Virus record (IMG/VR): IMGVR_UViG_3300037419_001523
Direction: 5' to 3' (one strand)
Source: an uncultured virus (IMG/VR IMGVR_UViG_3300037419_001523)
Lineage: Duplodnaviria; Heunggongvirae; Uroviricota; Caudoviricetes
Length of the DNA stretch: 64,000 nucleotides
In this document: positions 47,852 through 61,020 of the stretch, piece after piece
How the letters are laid out: each line of letters opens with the position of its first letter
Numbering within the stretch: the stretch's first letter is position 1
Made by a program: the position numbers and the translations under genes
Notes under the pieces: model-generated
Databases searched by the model: none
What the model was told of the DNA's origin: nothing
Seen by the model: only the letters and a program-made list of their open reading frames with translations

Positions 47852-50800
47852 ATGGCTGGAGAAAATTTAAAAATTCTCATTACTGGTACACTTAATACAG
47901 GAGCGACAATTGGTGAGATTAATACTGCTCTAAAAGGTATAGAGAAAAAAATTAATAAACTACAATTAAAAGTTGATATTGGTTCAGAAGCATTAAAAGC
48001 AATTAATACATTTTCTAATAATGTTAAGAAACTACAACTTAAAATGGATGTTCATGCTAATACAAAACCTGCTGAAGATGAAATCAAACAGATTACTAAG
48101 TCTTCTGCAAAGTTTATTGCAAAAAGCATGGATGAAGCGAAACAACAATTAAGAAGTGTTTTTGGTGATGATAACGTCATTGGTACGCAAGCATTTAAAT
48201 CTGGAAAAGGTGCGCTTCGTTCTTTTATTGTTGATGTTAAAGATGCAGAAGGAAAACTACAAAGAGTAAATTATGAAATTAGAGAATTTGTAAAGAAAAA
48301 TAAAGAAGGAGAAATAATCAGTAAAGAAAAAAGTTTTGTTTCTACTTGGATTCAAGAAATGAATATGGCTGAAGCAGAACTAAAGAAATTATCTCAACTT
48401 CAAGAAAAACTTAGAACACAATTACAAGCAGGATTAATAACAGGTAAACTAGATCAAAGCACCCATGATAAACTTCTGAATAACGTTAACAAAGCAACTA
48501 CATCAGATGAATTAAAAGCGTTGCAAAATAAAAATGCAATTTTAAAGGCACAACAACAGGCTAATAATTCTCTCGCATCATCACAAGAAAAACTTATGCA
48601 AGGGTTTAAGAAGTTATATGATGCTGGCAAACTTTCAGAAAATAGACTGAGAGATTTTAATAAAATTATTAATTCTGCCAAAAATGTTCAAGAAATTGAA
48701 AAAATAGAAAAGGCTTTACAACGTGTAAGTCAAACTTCCAATAACAAACAATTGCAACAAAAATTATTGTCACAAGCAAGAACGCTACTTGCAGGAAATT
48801 CAAAGAAACTTGATGTTACAGGTGTAAATAATTTAATTAACAGTTTAAAAAATATCAAACCTAATGTATCAAGTGCTTCAAATGAATTAAATCGTTTACA
48901 AGCACAACTTAAAGAATATCAGGCAAATGCAAGGGTTGCAGCAGCACATACTCTCACATTTGGTTCAGCATTAAAGCAAGCCCTAAGTGGTTTCAGTCTT
49001 TGGAGTTTAACCGCCCAAATGGTATATGCCCCTATTAATGCATTAAAAGATATGACACAACGGTTAATTGAAATTGATACCTTAATGACTGATATTCGCA
49101 GGGTTATGAATATGCCTGATTTTAAGTTTACTCAATTACTTGAAGAAGCAGTTGGAACGAGTGATGAATTATCATCAAAATTAAATGACGTTCTAAAAAT
49201 AATGGGTGACTTCGGGAGAATGGGATTTGGGGAAAATCAACTTGTAGATATCACCAAAACTGCTCAAGTTTTGCAGAATATTTCAGATTTAGACGCATCT
49301 TCTTCTGTTGACACATTAACTAGTGCTATGTTGAATTTCAATATTGCTGCTGAAGACAGTATTACAATTGCTGATAAACTCAATGAGGTTGATAATAATT
49401 ATGCTATCAGCACGAAGGACTTATCTGACGGTATTCGTAAAGCAGCCGCAAGTGCTAAAACCTTTGGTGTAGATATCAACCAATTAACAGGTTATATCGC
49501 TGCAATTGGAAGTACCACTCGTGAATCAGGAACAATTGTGGGTAACGGATTAAAAACAATTTTCTCCAGAATTACCACTATGGATGATGCTATTGGTGCA
49601 TTAAATTCCGTTGGTGTTTCTATTAAAGATATGGCAGGTAATGTTAGACCTGTTAGCAATATTCTTGAGGATTTAGCAGGAAAGTGGACTAAGTTATCTG
49701 ATGAGCAACGTCAAAACTTAGGTGTTACATTGGCAGGAAGATTCCAGTTGACGAGGTAAATAAGTGCCTTCCTTTAAGGAAACTTAGAGGTAATAAATCA
49801 AGCCGTATCGGTGAAACCCCAGAGATGGGCAATACCGAGGAAAGACTAAAAATTCATTATAATTGGCGAAATCAAAAATAATCTAAACAAAGGAGGTGAG
49901 TATTGTGAATAAGAAAGAAGAAATATTATTAAAGTTTAAACAAAGAATCAGTGAAGGAAAATCTATTAAATATAAAGAATTTAAATCAGAAGATTCTAGT
50001 TTATTATTTGCGATAGAAAAACATTTCGGTGGAATTTTTAAAATTGCAACTGCGATAGGAATTACTGAAGAAGAATTAATAGAAAAACATGGATTAACAA
50101 GAAGCATTAATAAAAGAACTCTATCTGAAGAAGAAATTCGTTATAGATTATTATATTTAAAATCTATTGGTAAATTAACAACAAATGCAATGAGGAATGA
50201 GTTTAATGATTTAAGACTTGAACGATCCATAAAGAAATTATATGGAAGTGTTGAAAATGGACTTAAATATTTTAACTTAGAAAGAGATAGAGTGATAGTT
50301 TCTAAGGATGCCATTATAAGAGAAATACATACTTTAGCAAATAAAAATGCTGACATGTCCTACAACGCTATTTTAAATACAAATCCTAAATTACTTTATA
50401 ATGCAAATCGTCATTTTAATAAAGGATGGTATGGTGTTTTAGATGAATTAAATATCAAATATTCAGCGAAAAGGCAACGTTTTACACATGAAAACATCTT
50501 AAAGAGAATTAACTTATTATTAGAACAGTTCGGAGAAATAAATTCCCCAATAATAAAAGAGAATGATAGTTCTATTCTTTTTTATGCTTATGATAATTAT
50601 GAGAGTTTGGAAGATTTTTATGTAGATATGGGTTTGAATCCTGCCAAATGTATGGACTATTCAAAGCAAACGATGAAAGGATTTGCTTTTGAAAAAGTAT
50701 TTAAACAAGTGTTGGATTTATTAGGACTTGATTATAAATACAATAAACACTTTAACAAAACTCTCAGACCTGACTTTCAATTAAACAATGGAATCTGGAT

Positions 50801-53800
50801 AGATTGTAAATTAAGTTCATGGACAAATTCTATTGAAGAAACCATTGAAAAATACACTCCAAACTGTAATAAGTTGATAATTGTCTTTTTAAGAGGACAC
50901 GAAAAGCATTTAAAGCAATACGAAAATGATAAAGTTGAATTTAGAAAAATAGATTACTATTATCCATTTCTTAATCAAATTAATCGCCAAGATTTGATTG
51001 AAGTTTTCAACAATATAATAAATGATGAATTTTTAGAATCCGTAACGACTAAACGCTTGATATCCTAACAATTAGGTTGAGGATAAAGTTATAGTCTGAA
51101 CTGCACATATAATCTAACAGTAAAGTGCAGAGAAAAGGTCAAGTGTAAAGACACTTTAAAGAAGAACCTTTTCCGCCACATAAATTTGTGGTCAGTAGGT
51201 GTAAACCGAAAGTAACAGAATGTCTTAGCTTTAATGAATAACTTTGGTATTGCACAAGAAGCAACTGCTACTGCTATCAATTCAAGTGGAAGTGCAATGA
51301 AAGAACAACAAAAATACGCAAATAGTTTAGAAGCACGTATTAATCGTTTGGATACTGCGTGGAACAAATTCACTTTAGCTATGGGTAAAGCAGTTCTTAC
51401 TGATGGATTGATAAGTGGTATTGAAACACTGAACACTATGGCTACTGGAGTTGCAGGATTAGTCGATAAATTTGGTATATTGTCTGCTACATTTGGAATT
51501 ATTGGTGTAGCTGTAACTGGACTAAATACAAAATTTAGAGGATTCACCACTGCTTTAATGTTCGGAACTGAGGGAATGACTCGTGCGCAATTAGCAAGTT
51601 CGGGATTAGCGGCTGGAATGACTAGATTAGGAATTGCTACGACTGGTGTAAAATTTGCCATGAGAGGGTTATTAGCTTCCACTGTGGTTGGTTTGATATT
51701 CGTTGGAATTGGTTATGCGATTGAAAAGTTAATTGATAAATATGGCGAAGCTAAAAAAGCACAAGAAGCATATGAACAATCAGTACAAAAAGATATTGAA
51801 GCAATGGGTAAGAATAAGCAAGAAACTGAATCTTTAATTAAACAATACAATGATTTAACTGATGCAAAGAAAGAAGCAGGTAAAAATTGGACTTCTGAAC
51901 AAGAACAAACATATTTACAAGTTACTCAAAAATTAGCTGATATATATCCAAGTTTAGTTTCTTCTATTGATGGAGCAGGAAGATCACATCTTAAAAGCAA
52001 GGAACAAATTGAAAAAGAAATTGAAGCTACCAACAGGTTGATTGAAGCGAAAAAACTTGAGACACAAGCTGATGCTAATAAAAATATTAACAAAGCAATT
52101 AATAAACGAGATGACATTAAAGATAAAATTAAAGAAACACAAAAACAATTAGATAATCCTTTTGATGTACAGGCTAAAGGTAAAGTAAGTATTGTAACTC
52201 CAAAAAGTGATTCTGAAATTAAACGTTTAAAAGGGCAACTTATTCTTTATAAACAAGAATGGTCTGATTTATCTCAATCTGTCAATTCAGAAGTATTAAA
52301 AATTGCTGAAGCATACAATAAATTAAAAATTGATCCTAGTATTAGTCAAAGTGTGGATGAGTTTTTTAGTGGCATTGATACTTCAAAGTTAAAACCTGAA
52401 GAATTAGAAAAGTTCGCTCAAAAAATCGGTAAAGCTGAAGATATGTTACAAAAAGCATATGCCAATGGGGATACTGTTGCATTTGACAAAGCGAAAAAAT
52501 CCATAAAAGAAATAGCCGAACAAATGGGTGGAAGTAAACAAATCGTCAATTCGTTTGCACTCTCTTACGATGGATTAAAAAAATCTGCTGAATTGTCTAA
52601 TAATGCTGTTTACGCTGGTAAAGATGGCATGGATGGTATTGATGAATCTGCAACTGAGGCTACAAAAAGTCTCACCGAATTAGTCCAAGCAGAAATGGAA
52701 AAAGCAAGTGTCGAAGAACAAATGGTTGGTACAACTCAAAGTTTAATCGACAAAACAAAAGATCAAATTACTGCCTATCAAATGTTGTCTAATGCGGAAA
52801 ATCTTTCAGCAGACCAAAAAGATGCACTTGCTGAAGCTACTAAGTATTTAAATACATTATATCCTCAATTTGTAGAAAACGGTAAATTAAACGTTGAACA
52901 AATGCGAAAAGAAGTTGAAGCACAAGACATACTTCTAAAATCAGTTAAAGATGTAGCAGACGGTCATGCGAGTGCCGAACAAATGATGACTACTAACCAA
53001 GCGTTACAGGCACGTAATCGTCTACAAATCATGTCTGCTGAATTATCTGCAATGCAAAAATTAATGGAAACCTATGAATCTGCTGCAAAACATCAAGAAG
53101 ACATGGCAAAGGTTACTGGTGATGATCGAGCATATATTCAAGCACAAAAGTTTCATAATGCTCAACAAAAAGTTTCCAATGATTATGCTAATACCAAGAA
53201 ACAAATTGATGCTTTAATTCCTTCTTATAATTCAAATATTCAAAAATTAGCTGAAGCGACTGATTATCAAGGAGAATATTATAAGGCGACAGATAAATCT
53301 AATGATAAAACAAAAGATTCTATTTACGTCAGCGATAAGTTTAAGCAAAAGTTAGAAGAAATTAACGCACAATTAGCAAAATATGAAGATATTCAAAAGC
53401 GTTACCCTAACTACTCCAAAGAATACCAAGATGCTTTAAAAAGTGAAATTAGTCTACTTGGAGATAAGAAAAAATTAATCGAAGACCAAGCTAAATCACT
53501 TCAATCACAAATTAAATCAGGAAACGTCAAACAATATGGGATGGTTTCATCATCTACCTCTGTTTCTTCTTATTCATATGGCAATAGCAACGAGGATATA
53601 ATTTGGAATTTCCTTAAATCTAAAGGGTTATCTGATAGTGCTGTTGCAGGTGTAATGGGTAATTTACAGATGGAATCAAGTTTAAATCCTAATGCTCTCG
53701 GACGACCAACGAAACAAGGTAGAGCGTTTGGTATTGCTCAATGGTTAGGTGGACGTAGAACAGGTCTTGAAAATTTCGCAAAACAAAGAGGAACAAGTTC

Positions 53801-55913
53801 ATCTGATATTAACACTCAATTAGAATGGTTATGGCATGAATTAACTGGTTCAGAAAAGTCTTCATTGGATTATTTAATGAGTAATTCAAATGCTAGTGCT
53901 TCAACTATTGCAGCAGGATTTGATAGGAAATTTGAACGTTCTGAAGGTACATCTGTAGCAAGTAGACAGAAATATGCCAATAACTTTTATAATCAATTTT
54001 CTGGTAAAGGTGGCACATCCGTTTCAAGTAGTGGTGCTGAAACAGCACAATCTATTGACCAAGCGAAATCAGATTTACTTCAACTTCAACAAGACGCAAT
54101 GGATGTTGCAAATCAAATTAAGGAATTGCAATTTTCATTAATTGAAGCAAAACTAGCTAAGAACGATAAATTAATTGCTGATTCTGAAAACAAAGTTAAG
54201 TCAATGGATCGTACTTCATTAGAATACCGTAAAGAAATTGATTATCAATGGAAATTGTCTACTGAAAAAGCGAAAATGTATCGACAAGCCATTGCTGATT
54301 TAACTAAAACCTATGGTGAGAATAGTATCTACGTACAACGTTTAAAAGATGAATATGCTGACCTTCAATCTCATATTGCTGATTTGAATTGGGAGTATTA
54401 CACTTCTGAAATTGATCAATATGCAAATAAGATTGAAAGTTTAAATCAACAAATTGAAGTTTCTAGTAAACGCATGGAATTGTATTCTGATAGTTTTTCT
54501 GTTCATCAGCAAGAAACAAAAAAGCAGATTGAACTATATAAGGAACTAATAAAATCCATTGACGGTGAAAGAGAAGTTATGGAACGTTCAATTCGAAATA
54601 ATTTCTTAAACGCTCAACAAAAAGAGGAAATGAAAAAGAAATTACAAGATTTGAACAAAGAATATCTTGAGTATCAATTAAATCTAAAAAATATCATTAC
54701 AACCGAAAAAGAAATGATTAATCAAAAAGTAGATGATTTAATTGACGCTTACAAGGACTTCTACAATAAGAAACGTGACCTTGAACAAAAGTCATTAGAT
54801 GATGAATTATCTGCTTATGAAAAAGTAACCCAAGCCAAACTTGACCTAATCGACAAGGAAGAAAAGGCTCGTGATAATAGTCGAGAATTATCTGATAAGC
54901 AAAAGGAAATTGCTGATTTACAGGCACAAATTGTATCATTGTCAATGGATTCTTCTCAAACAGGTAAAGTTGCCGATTTAAGAAAACAATTAACGGAAAA
55001 ACAAAACGACCTTGGAGAATTTGTACATAACAATGAAGTTGAAGCACGTAAAGATGCCTTAAATCAGGAACTTGACGCTAAGAAAGAACAAATTGACAAA
55101 GAAAAAGTAGCCGTAGATAAATATTACGATGATATTGTCAATGATGAGCGTAAATTTGCAAAAATTCGTGAGGATATTTTAAACGGTCATACTGATGCTG
55201 TATTAAAGCAATTGGGTGAATTCAAAGACTACTTTACAAAACACGCTGAAGATATTGGGTTAGTCATTACAAATAATATTCTTGATAAGATTAACAAGGT
55301 GACTGAATCCATTAAAGAAGCAGGTAAGGCAGCGAAAGATATATCATTGGATTATCAAATGTCAACTGTTCAACAAACTAAAACCGCAACAGATCAATTG
55401 TTACATAACACTGACAAACCTGACGAAGTAACTATTCTTGAAGATACTCCTTTCTTACAAAAAGGTAAAGATGGAACATATGAGTTTACTGACAGGGTAT
55501 TGAAAAAAGGTGAAAAGTATAAGGCTTACGGTGTTGATTATCAACACGGAATCTATACTCTTGGTGGCGGATATGTTACTGCTGATCCAAAGAAAACGAA
55601 GTATCAGTTTTTCCAGTCTGGTGGATACACAGGAAATGATGAAGGTCTAGCCTACTTGCATGAAAAAGAACTTATCCTTAATAAAATGGACACTTCCAAT
55701 ATTTTGAAGGCAGTAGATTTAGTTCGTCAAATGACCGCTAATTTACCGAAATTCACCATTCCTAAATTCATGCAAAATCCTGTTCAACCACAACCTAACA
55801 TTTACATGAATGTCACTTTAAATGAAGTACAGAATGGTAAACAAGTTATGGATGAAGTATACAAAGAATTTAACAAACGATTACGAGGTAAAGGAGGACT
55901 GTCATTCGGATGA
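47852..55913 (+). CDS. Tape measure protein (YomI/CwlP-like), two exons (47852-49757 + 51223-55913, about 2198 aa), with a tail-lysozyme domain
   Basis: TP901-type core DKLNEVDNNYA...TRESG..VGNGLKTIFSR. The exons join as GRFQLTR-F-LALMNNF. Lysozyme motif IWNFLKSKGLSDSAVAGVMGNLQMES...FGIAQW. Confidence 0.9.
49758..51222 (+). mobile_element. Group I intron in the tape measure gene
   Basis: Exon ends AGGU and pairs with GCCU (U.G); intron ends in G. Core-like segments GTATCGGTGAAACCC, GGGCAATACCGAG, GTAACGACTAAACG and TATAGTCTGAACTGCAC. Confidence 0.88.
49896..51068 (+). CDS. Intron-encoded putative PD-(D/E)XK endonuclease with N-terminal helical repeats
   Basis: KGFAFE...LRPDFQL..GIWIDCKLS; AAAGGAGG RBS; the 3' end runs into the intron core. 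Confidence 0.7.
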   Translation: MSIVNKKEEILLKFKQRISEGKSIKYKEFKSEDSSLLFAIEKHFGGIFKIATAIGITEEELIEKHGLTRSINKRTLSEEEIRYRLLYLKSIGKLTTNAMRNEFNDLRLERSIKKLYGSVENGLKYFNLERDRVIVSKDAIIREIHTLANKNADMSYNAILNTNPKLLYNANRHFNKGWYGVLDELNIKYSAKRQRFTHENILKRINLLLEQFGEINSPIIKENDSSILFYAYDNYESLEDFYVDMGLNPAKCMDYSKQTMKGFAFEKVFKQVLDLLGLDYKYNKHFNKTLRPDFQLNNGIWIDCKLSSWTNSIEETIEKYTPNCNKLIIVFLRGHEKHLKQYENDKVEFRKIDYYYPFLNQINRQDLIEVFNNIINDEFLESVTTKRLIS

Positions 55914-56677
55914 TGATAAAACATTACCTCAATTTTACAAAGAACGGTATTTATTCAGGGGACATGGGAGTAATCTCGTGTTCCCTTTCTTCTGGTATGT
56001 ATGAGGATAATCTTGGTGCAAATCGCAACATTATTGAAACTCAAAATAGTAATACAGATAGACGATATTTCAAGCGTATTTCTCTTGATCCAATTGAATT
56101 TGAGTTGAATCTTGCCCTCGAAGATGGAATGGATGAGTCTCAAATTGATTATATCTGTTCATGGCTAATCAATGACTATTATGAAGAATTATATTTTGAA
56201 GATGAAGTAGACAAAATTTATTACTGTCTACCCACTTCTCAACCTAAAATCACACACAATGGTATGAATCAAGGTTACATTACCATTCAATATCGTTGTT
56301 TTGATGGATACTTGTACTCACAGGAAATTCCTGAAACATTTGATTTATCTGCTAATCCAGTAGCAGGAACAACTATCACTTTAAATAATGATGGTCATGT
56401 GGAAGTGTCCCCTCTTGTTACGATTACAATGAACGAATCAAATGTAACAATCTTAAATTTAACAACGAATGAGTCAACGGAATTTACTAACTTGTTAGTT
56501 GGTGAAATTATCACATTAGACAATGAGAACGAAGAAATCACAACAAATCAAACAGCAATAAATCGCTATGCTAATCATAATGATGTGTTTATGCGTATTC
56601 TCCCCTCCTCTACTCAGTTTAAAGTAACAGGGAAATGTACGCTTACATTCACATACAGGACTAAAAGGAAATTCTAA
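55910..56677 (+). CDS. Distal tail protein (Dit)
   Basis: Follows the tape measure gene; WL...YEELYF...KIYY and GYITIQYRC motifs. Confidence 0.8.
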   Translation: MMIKHYLNFTKNGIYSGDMGVISCSLSSGMYEDNLGANRNIIETQNSNTDRRYFKRISLDPIEFELNLALEDGMDESQIDYICSWLINDYYEELYFEDEVDKIYYCLPTSQPKITHNGMNQGYITIQYRCFDGYLYSQEIPETFDLSANPVAGTTITLNNDGHVEVSPLVTITMNESNVTILNLTTNESTEFTNLLVGEIITLDNENEEITTNQTAINRYANHNDVFMRILPSSTQFKVTGKCTLTFTYRTKRKF

Positions 56678-56690
56678 AGGAGGATAGTGA

Positions 56691-59600
56691 ATGCTACCTA
56701 CCATAGACTTATTAGAAAAAGGACAGGAAATAAGAATCCAAATTTGCAACAGTCGTATGCAAGTCATTGGAAATGTAAAAGAAGCAGATTCAAAAGCCTA
56801 TGACATTAACACAGGAAAATTGAATGAGTTATCCTTTACTATTCCTTTGTATATAGATAATCTTCAAACAGGAATTCAAAAAAATAAAAATGCTGATTTG
56901 TTAGTCAATCGTTGTATTCTTAAAGTGAAATATGGAAGTTTGGAAGAATATTTTATTATTGATAGTCACGATGACTCAGATGATAATCAATATCGTTCCA
57001 TTCATGCCTTTTCATTAGGTAATCAATTGAATGATAAAATAATTAGATATTATAAATCCCAATCTACTACACCTACGGATTATGCTGTACCTATTAGCAT
57101 TCAGACTGCCATAACTGACGCATTACAACTTAACCGTAGTTGGACTGTAGGATATATTGATCCTGCTTTCACTGGAATCTATCGTACATTTGAGTTTGAT
57201 TCACAAACAGGATTGGAATACATATATCAAATTGGAACAGCATTTAACGCAATTATCACATGGGATACTAAGAATAAAAAAGTAAGTGCCTATCATCCTG
57301 ATTTTTATGGAACGGATAAAGGTTTCAAAATTACAGATGAAAAATATATTAGTAGTTTGGTAAAGAAAACAAGTGATGATGAATTCTGCACTCGTTTGTA
57401 TTTGTACGGTAAAGACGGCATTACAATAAATACAGTTAGTCCTCTTGGTGTAAGTTACATAGAGGACTTTTCTTATTTCATGAACAATGGAATGATGAGT
57501 CAAGATTTAGTCAATGCACTTGTATCTTATAACAATTATGTAATTTTTCGTCAAGGTGAATTCCCTACCCTCCTTACTCAGTTGACAACTAAGCAAGATG
57601 AAATGTCTACCTTGCAATTAGATATGTCTACATTGCAAAATAATAAAACGATTATTCAAGACAGACTAGATGGAATCAGTGCAATCAACGAAAGAACCAA
57701 TATTAAATATTCGCTTACTTCTACTGTAACTAGTGGAACGACTACTTTTACAGATGTAACTCCTGTAAAGAGACTGTTTTTCTTTAAAATAACAACAAGT
57801 GAAACTCCAACCATTACACATAATGGAGTGAGCGTCCCTTCTACTTCAAATAATTTGTATATGTTGAAGTTAGATAACGTTACAACTAGTACCTTAACTT
57901 TAACTGGTTTCACTAATCCTATTACAATAGATGGTTATTATATTATCATTTCTAATACTGATTTCGCTTTAACTAATACAGAATTAGAAGATAAATTTGG
58001 AATTGATAAAATTAATAGTCTCATTGATTCTAAGCAAACGGCAATTAATACCAAGCAAAGTGAACTTAATTCTGTAACGACTAGCATGAATCAATTGAAA
58101 ACTGATTTATCTATTGAGACTCATTTAACCGTTGATGAATTAAATGAATTAGACAATTTCATTATCGAGAAGGAATATTCAGATGATAATCTAATTGATG
58201 CTAATAGTTTACTAGAAGCAGGTAAAAAACAATTAGCAGAAAGGAATATTCCTCAAGTTTTACACGATGTTAGTTTAATTAATTTCCTAAATTGTTTAGA
58301 AGAAAAACGAAATTGGGATAAAGTATCCATCTTTGATATTGTACGGATTCAGAGTAAAAAGTTAGATGTGGATATTAAAGCACGTATTATCAATATTAGA
58401 GTAGATCAAGATACGATTGGATTAACCATTGCCAATTCTAAGAATGTGAAAGATGAACCAAATAAGTTTATTCAACTATTGTATGGAACTGCCAGTGGTA
58501 CGAAGCAACTTCAACGTAAAGAAGGTACATGGGATGATGCTTCAAAAGTACGGACAGAGTTTAATGATTATTTAAACAGTGCCATTGATGCTGTCAAACA
58601 GAAGATTGTAGCTGGAGTAAATGAAACTATTCAGATAACTGAAAGAGGAATTAAAGTTACCTCTCCTGATGATATTAACACTTTCCTTATCATAAATCAC
58701 GGTGTAATAGCAATTACTCGTGACGGAGGTTCCACTTGGGAAAATGCTTTGACAACTTCAGGCTTGATTGCCGAAAGAGTAATCGGAAAACTCTTAATCG
58801 GAAGTAAATTAACAATATCAAATGAAAATGGTACATTTGCTGTTGATGGTGGGAATGTAACAATTAATGGTGGCTCAACCAAAGCAAAAATTCTCATTAA
58901 TCCTACTGACGGAATTAAGATTCAAACTTCTCCTGATAACGGAACAACTTGGGTTGATACTTTCTATGTAGATACAAATGGTATTCTTCATGCTAAAGGA
59001 TTAGTTATCACTAACGATGACGGTACTGCTGTATTAATTGATGCTAAGAATAAAACAATTGATTTTAGTAAATTCACATCAATCTTCGGTACATTATTAG
59101 CAGATATTATACAAGGTGGAACACTAAAACTTGGTGGATTGAATAACGGTAACGGTAGTTTACAGGTGCTTAACGGTAGTGGTGAAATAATTGCAAACCT
59201 TGATTCTGCTCAAGGGGGATTTGACAAGTTATGGGTTGGAAATTTTTCTAGTCCAACTGTTCCAAATTTGAATAATAATACAATCAATCTGTATGTTGAC
59301 GCTATTAACGGAAATGACAGTAATACTGGTTCAGATTTTACAAATGCTAAGAAATCTTTATCAGGTGCAGTTGATGAGATTCCACAAGTAAACAATGGAA
59401 CTGTAAATATTTATTTACATTACGACAACTGTAAAGATATTCAATTGAATGTAAAGATGGCAGGAATTTCTGGAAATGGAACAATTAATATTATAGGACA
59501 AAATACACAAAATACAGTTCATGGTATTATTCAAGTTCAATCCTGTACAAACATTGTTAATTTCACAGATTTGTCGATTGCTTCATCAACTACTTGTTTA

Positions 59601-60443
59601 GAAGTTGATCGTTCACCGTATGTTACAGCAACAAGAGTATGGGCATTAGGTGATAATAGTACAGGTGGAACTGCTGGATTTAAAGCATTCAATAGTGGAT
59701 ATCTGTATCTAAAAGACTCTTATTCTTATTATTCTCAGTTTGGTGTATATGCTTCTCATAATGGAACTGTATTTGTTCAGAATACAGGAGGAAAAGGTTC
59801 AGTTAGAGGTATAGTTGCTCAATACGGAGGAACTATTAAATTGTTTGGAGATAAATATCCAACAGGAGGAACATCTGATACTTACAATGATACAGCAGGA
59901 CAAATCATTGGTACAGGTGCAGTGGATACTACATCTACAAATACTACTCAAACCGCAACAGCTACGACAACTACTACTCAATGGGTTTCTAACGTTGCTG
60001 ATAACTGGTCTACTTCTTACAGTTCATGGCAAGGCGGAGGTGCAAAGCAAGGGGACTATGGTTATGGACAAAGAAAAGGTTTCTGGTGGTTTGAATCTTC
60101 CCCTATTGCTCTCAGTGGCAAAACTATTAAATCTATGCGTGTATGGGTTCAACGTGCTTCTTCTGGAGGTAATTCAGGAACCGTAAGAATTTATCTTCAC
60201 CCTCACACTTATGCGACAAAGGCAACAGTTACAGGCACTCCTACATTATCATTAGAATCTGATTTTTCAGTATACGTTGACTTAGCTTGGGGAAAAGGAG
60301 CGTGGGTCACAATTCCCACTTCATGGTTTGCTAATTTCGCCAATGGTACATATAAGGGAATAGGAGTGTGGGCAGGTAGCACAAACAGTAACTATTATTC
60401 TATCATGAACGGTCAAGCCACCTTGGAAGCTACCTATCAATAA
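56691..60443 (+). CDS. Tail tip/Tal-like protein with coiled coil and C-terminal beta-helix/adhesin domains
   Basis: TRLYLYGKDGITI and YIEDFSYF; ALTTSGLIAERVIGKL; LYVDAINGNDSNTG. Confidence 0.8.
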   Translation: MLPTIDLLEKGQEIRIQICNSRMQVIGNVKEADSKAYDINTGKLNELSFTIPLYIDNLQTGIQKNKNADLLVNRCILKVKYGSLEEYFIIDSHDDSDDNQYRSIHAFSLGNQLNDKIIRYYKSQSTTPTDYAVPISIQTAITDALQLNRSWTVGYIDPAFTGIYRTFEFDSQTGLEYIYQIGTAFNAIITWDTKNKKVSAYHPDFYGTDKGFKITDEKYISSLVKKTSDDEFCTRLYLYGKDGITINTVSPLGVSYIEDFSYFMNNGMMSQDLVNALVSYNNYVIFRQGEFPTLLTQLTTKQDEMSTLQLDMSTLQNNKTIIQDRLDGISAINERTNIKYSLTSTVTSGTTTFTDVTPVKRLFFFKITTSETPTITHNGVSVPSTSNNLYMLKLDNVTTSTLTLTGFTNPITIDGYYIIISNTDFALTNTELEDKFGIDKINSLIDSKQTAINTKQSELNSVTTSMNQLKTDLSIETHLTVDELNELDNFIIEKEYSDDNLIDANSLLEAGKKQLAERNIPQVLHDVSLINFLNCLEEKRNWDKVSIFDIVRIQSKKLDVDIKARIINIRVDQDTIGLTIANSKNVKDEPNKFIQLLYGTASGTKQLQRKEGTWDDASKVRTEFNDYLNSAIDAVKQKIVAGVNETIQITERGIKVTSPDDINTFLIINHGVIAITRDGGSTWENALTTSGLIAERVIGKLLIGSKLTISNENGTFAVDGGNVTINGGSTKAKILINPTDGIKIQTSPDNGTTWVDTFYVDTNGILHAKGLVITNDDGTAVLIDAKNKTIDFSKFTSIFGTLLADIIQGGTLKLGGLNNGNGSLQVLNGSGEIIANLDSAQGGFDKLWVGNFSSPTVPNLNNNTINLYVDAINGNDSNTGSDFTNAKKSLSGAVDEIPQVNNGTVNIYLHYDNCKDIQLNVKMAGISGNGTINIIGQNTQNTVHGIIQVQSCTNIVNFTDLSIASSTTCLEVDRSPYVTATRVWALGDNSTGGTAGFKAFNSGYLYLKDSYSYYSQFGVYASHNGTVFVQNTGGKGSVRGIVAQYGGTIKLFGDKYPTGGTSDTYNDTAGQIIGTGAVDTTSTNTTQTATATTTTTQWVSNVADNWSTSYSSWQGGGAKQGDYGYGQRKGFWWFESSPIALSGKTIKSMRVWVQRASSGGNSGTVRIYLHPHTYATKATVTGTPTLSLESDFSVYVDLAWGKGAWVTIPTSWFANFANGTYKGIGVWAGSTNSNYYSIMNGQATLEATYQ

Positions 60444-60457
60444 GGAGAAATATTTAT

Positions 60458-61006
60458 ATGAAAATAATACTCTACTCAGGTGACAATGTAATTGAAACTA
60501 TTGAAGGTGTCGAGGATGTGAAAATAAATGGCAATGATATTGCTTGGGAAACAGGATCGGTATCAGGTGTCAAATGTAATATCATGGTATTAAATGATGA
60601 TGAAGTTTTTTCAACAACAATCATTTTAGATAATCGTAAAAAAACGAAAATCGAAGAATTGGATAAAGCGTGTAGTGAAACGATTTTAGGCAGATTTGCT
60701 GCGGATATAAATGGAGTGACGTACTACTTCTCAAACGATGCAGAGGCTCAATCTAACTTTAAAGATACGAAAATATTATTTTCGGATGGTACTATTGATG
60801 CCATTTTAGGCGGATTAGTGACATGGACTTGTTATGATGTAAACGGAAATGTAATGAGGGTTCAATTGAATAAAACACAATTCGATAACGTATTTATTGC
60901 TAGAGTTAAACATCAAAATGATAATGTGTCTAAGTTTAGAGATACATTACAACCTCAAGTGGAAAATGCTACAACAGTTGAACAAATAGAATTGATAACT
61001 TGGTAA
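60458..61006 (+). CDS. DUF4376-like tail accessory/chaperone protein
   Basis: KIEELDKAC...I..F...YF..D..AQSNF...ATTVEQIELITW. Confidence 0.65.
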   Translation: MKIILYSGDNVIETIEGVEDVKINGNDIAWETGSVSGVKCNIMVLNDDEVFSTTIILDNRKKTKIEELDKACSETILGRFAADINGVTYYFSNDAEAQSNFKDTKILFSDGTIDAILGGLVTWTCYDVNGNVMRVQLNKTQFDNVFIARVKHQNDNVSKFRDTLQPQVENATTVEQIELITW

Positions 61007-61020
61007 AGGAGGTTGGATAA

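Noticed and set aside
51089..51682. 197-aa minus-strand ORF
   Set aside because: It is an antisense shadow of tape measure exon 2 and the intron 3' end.
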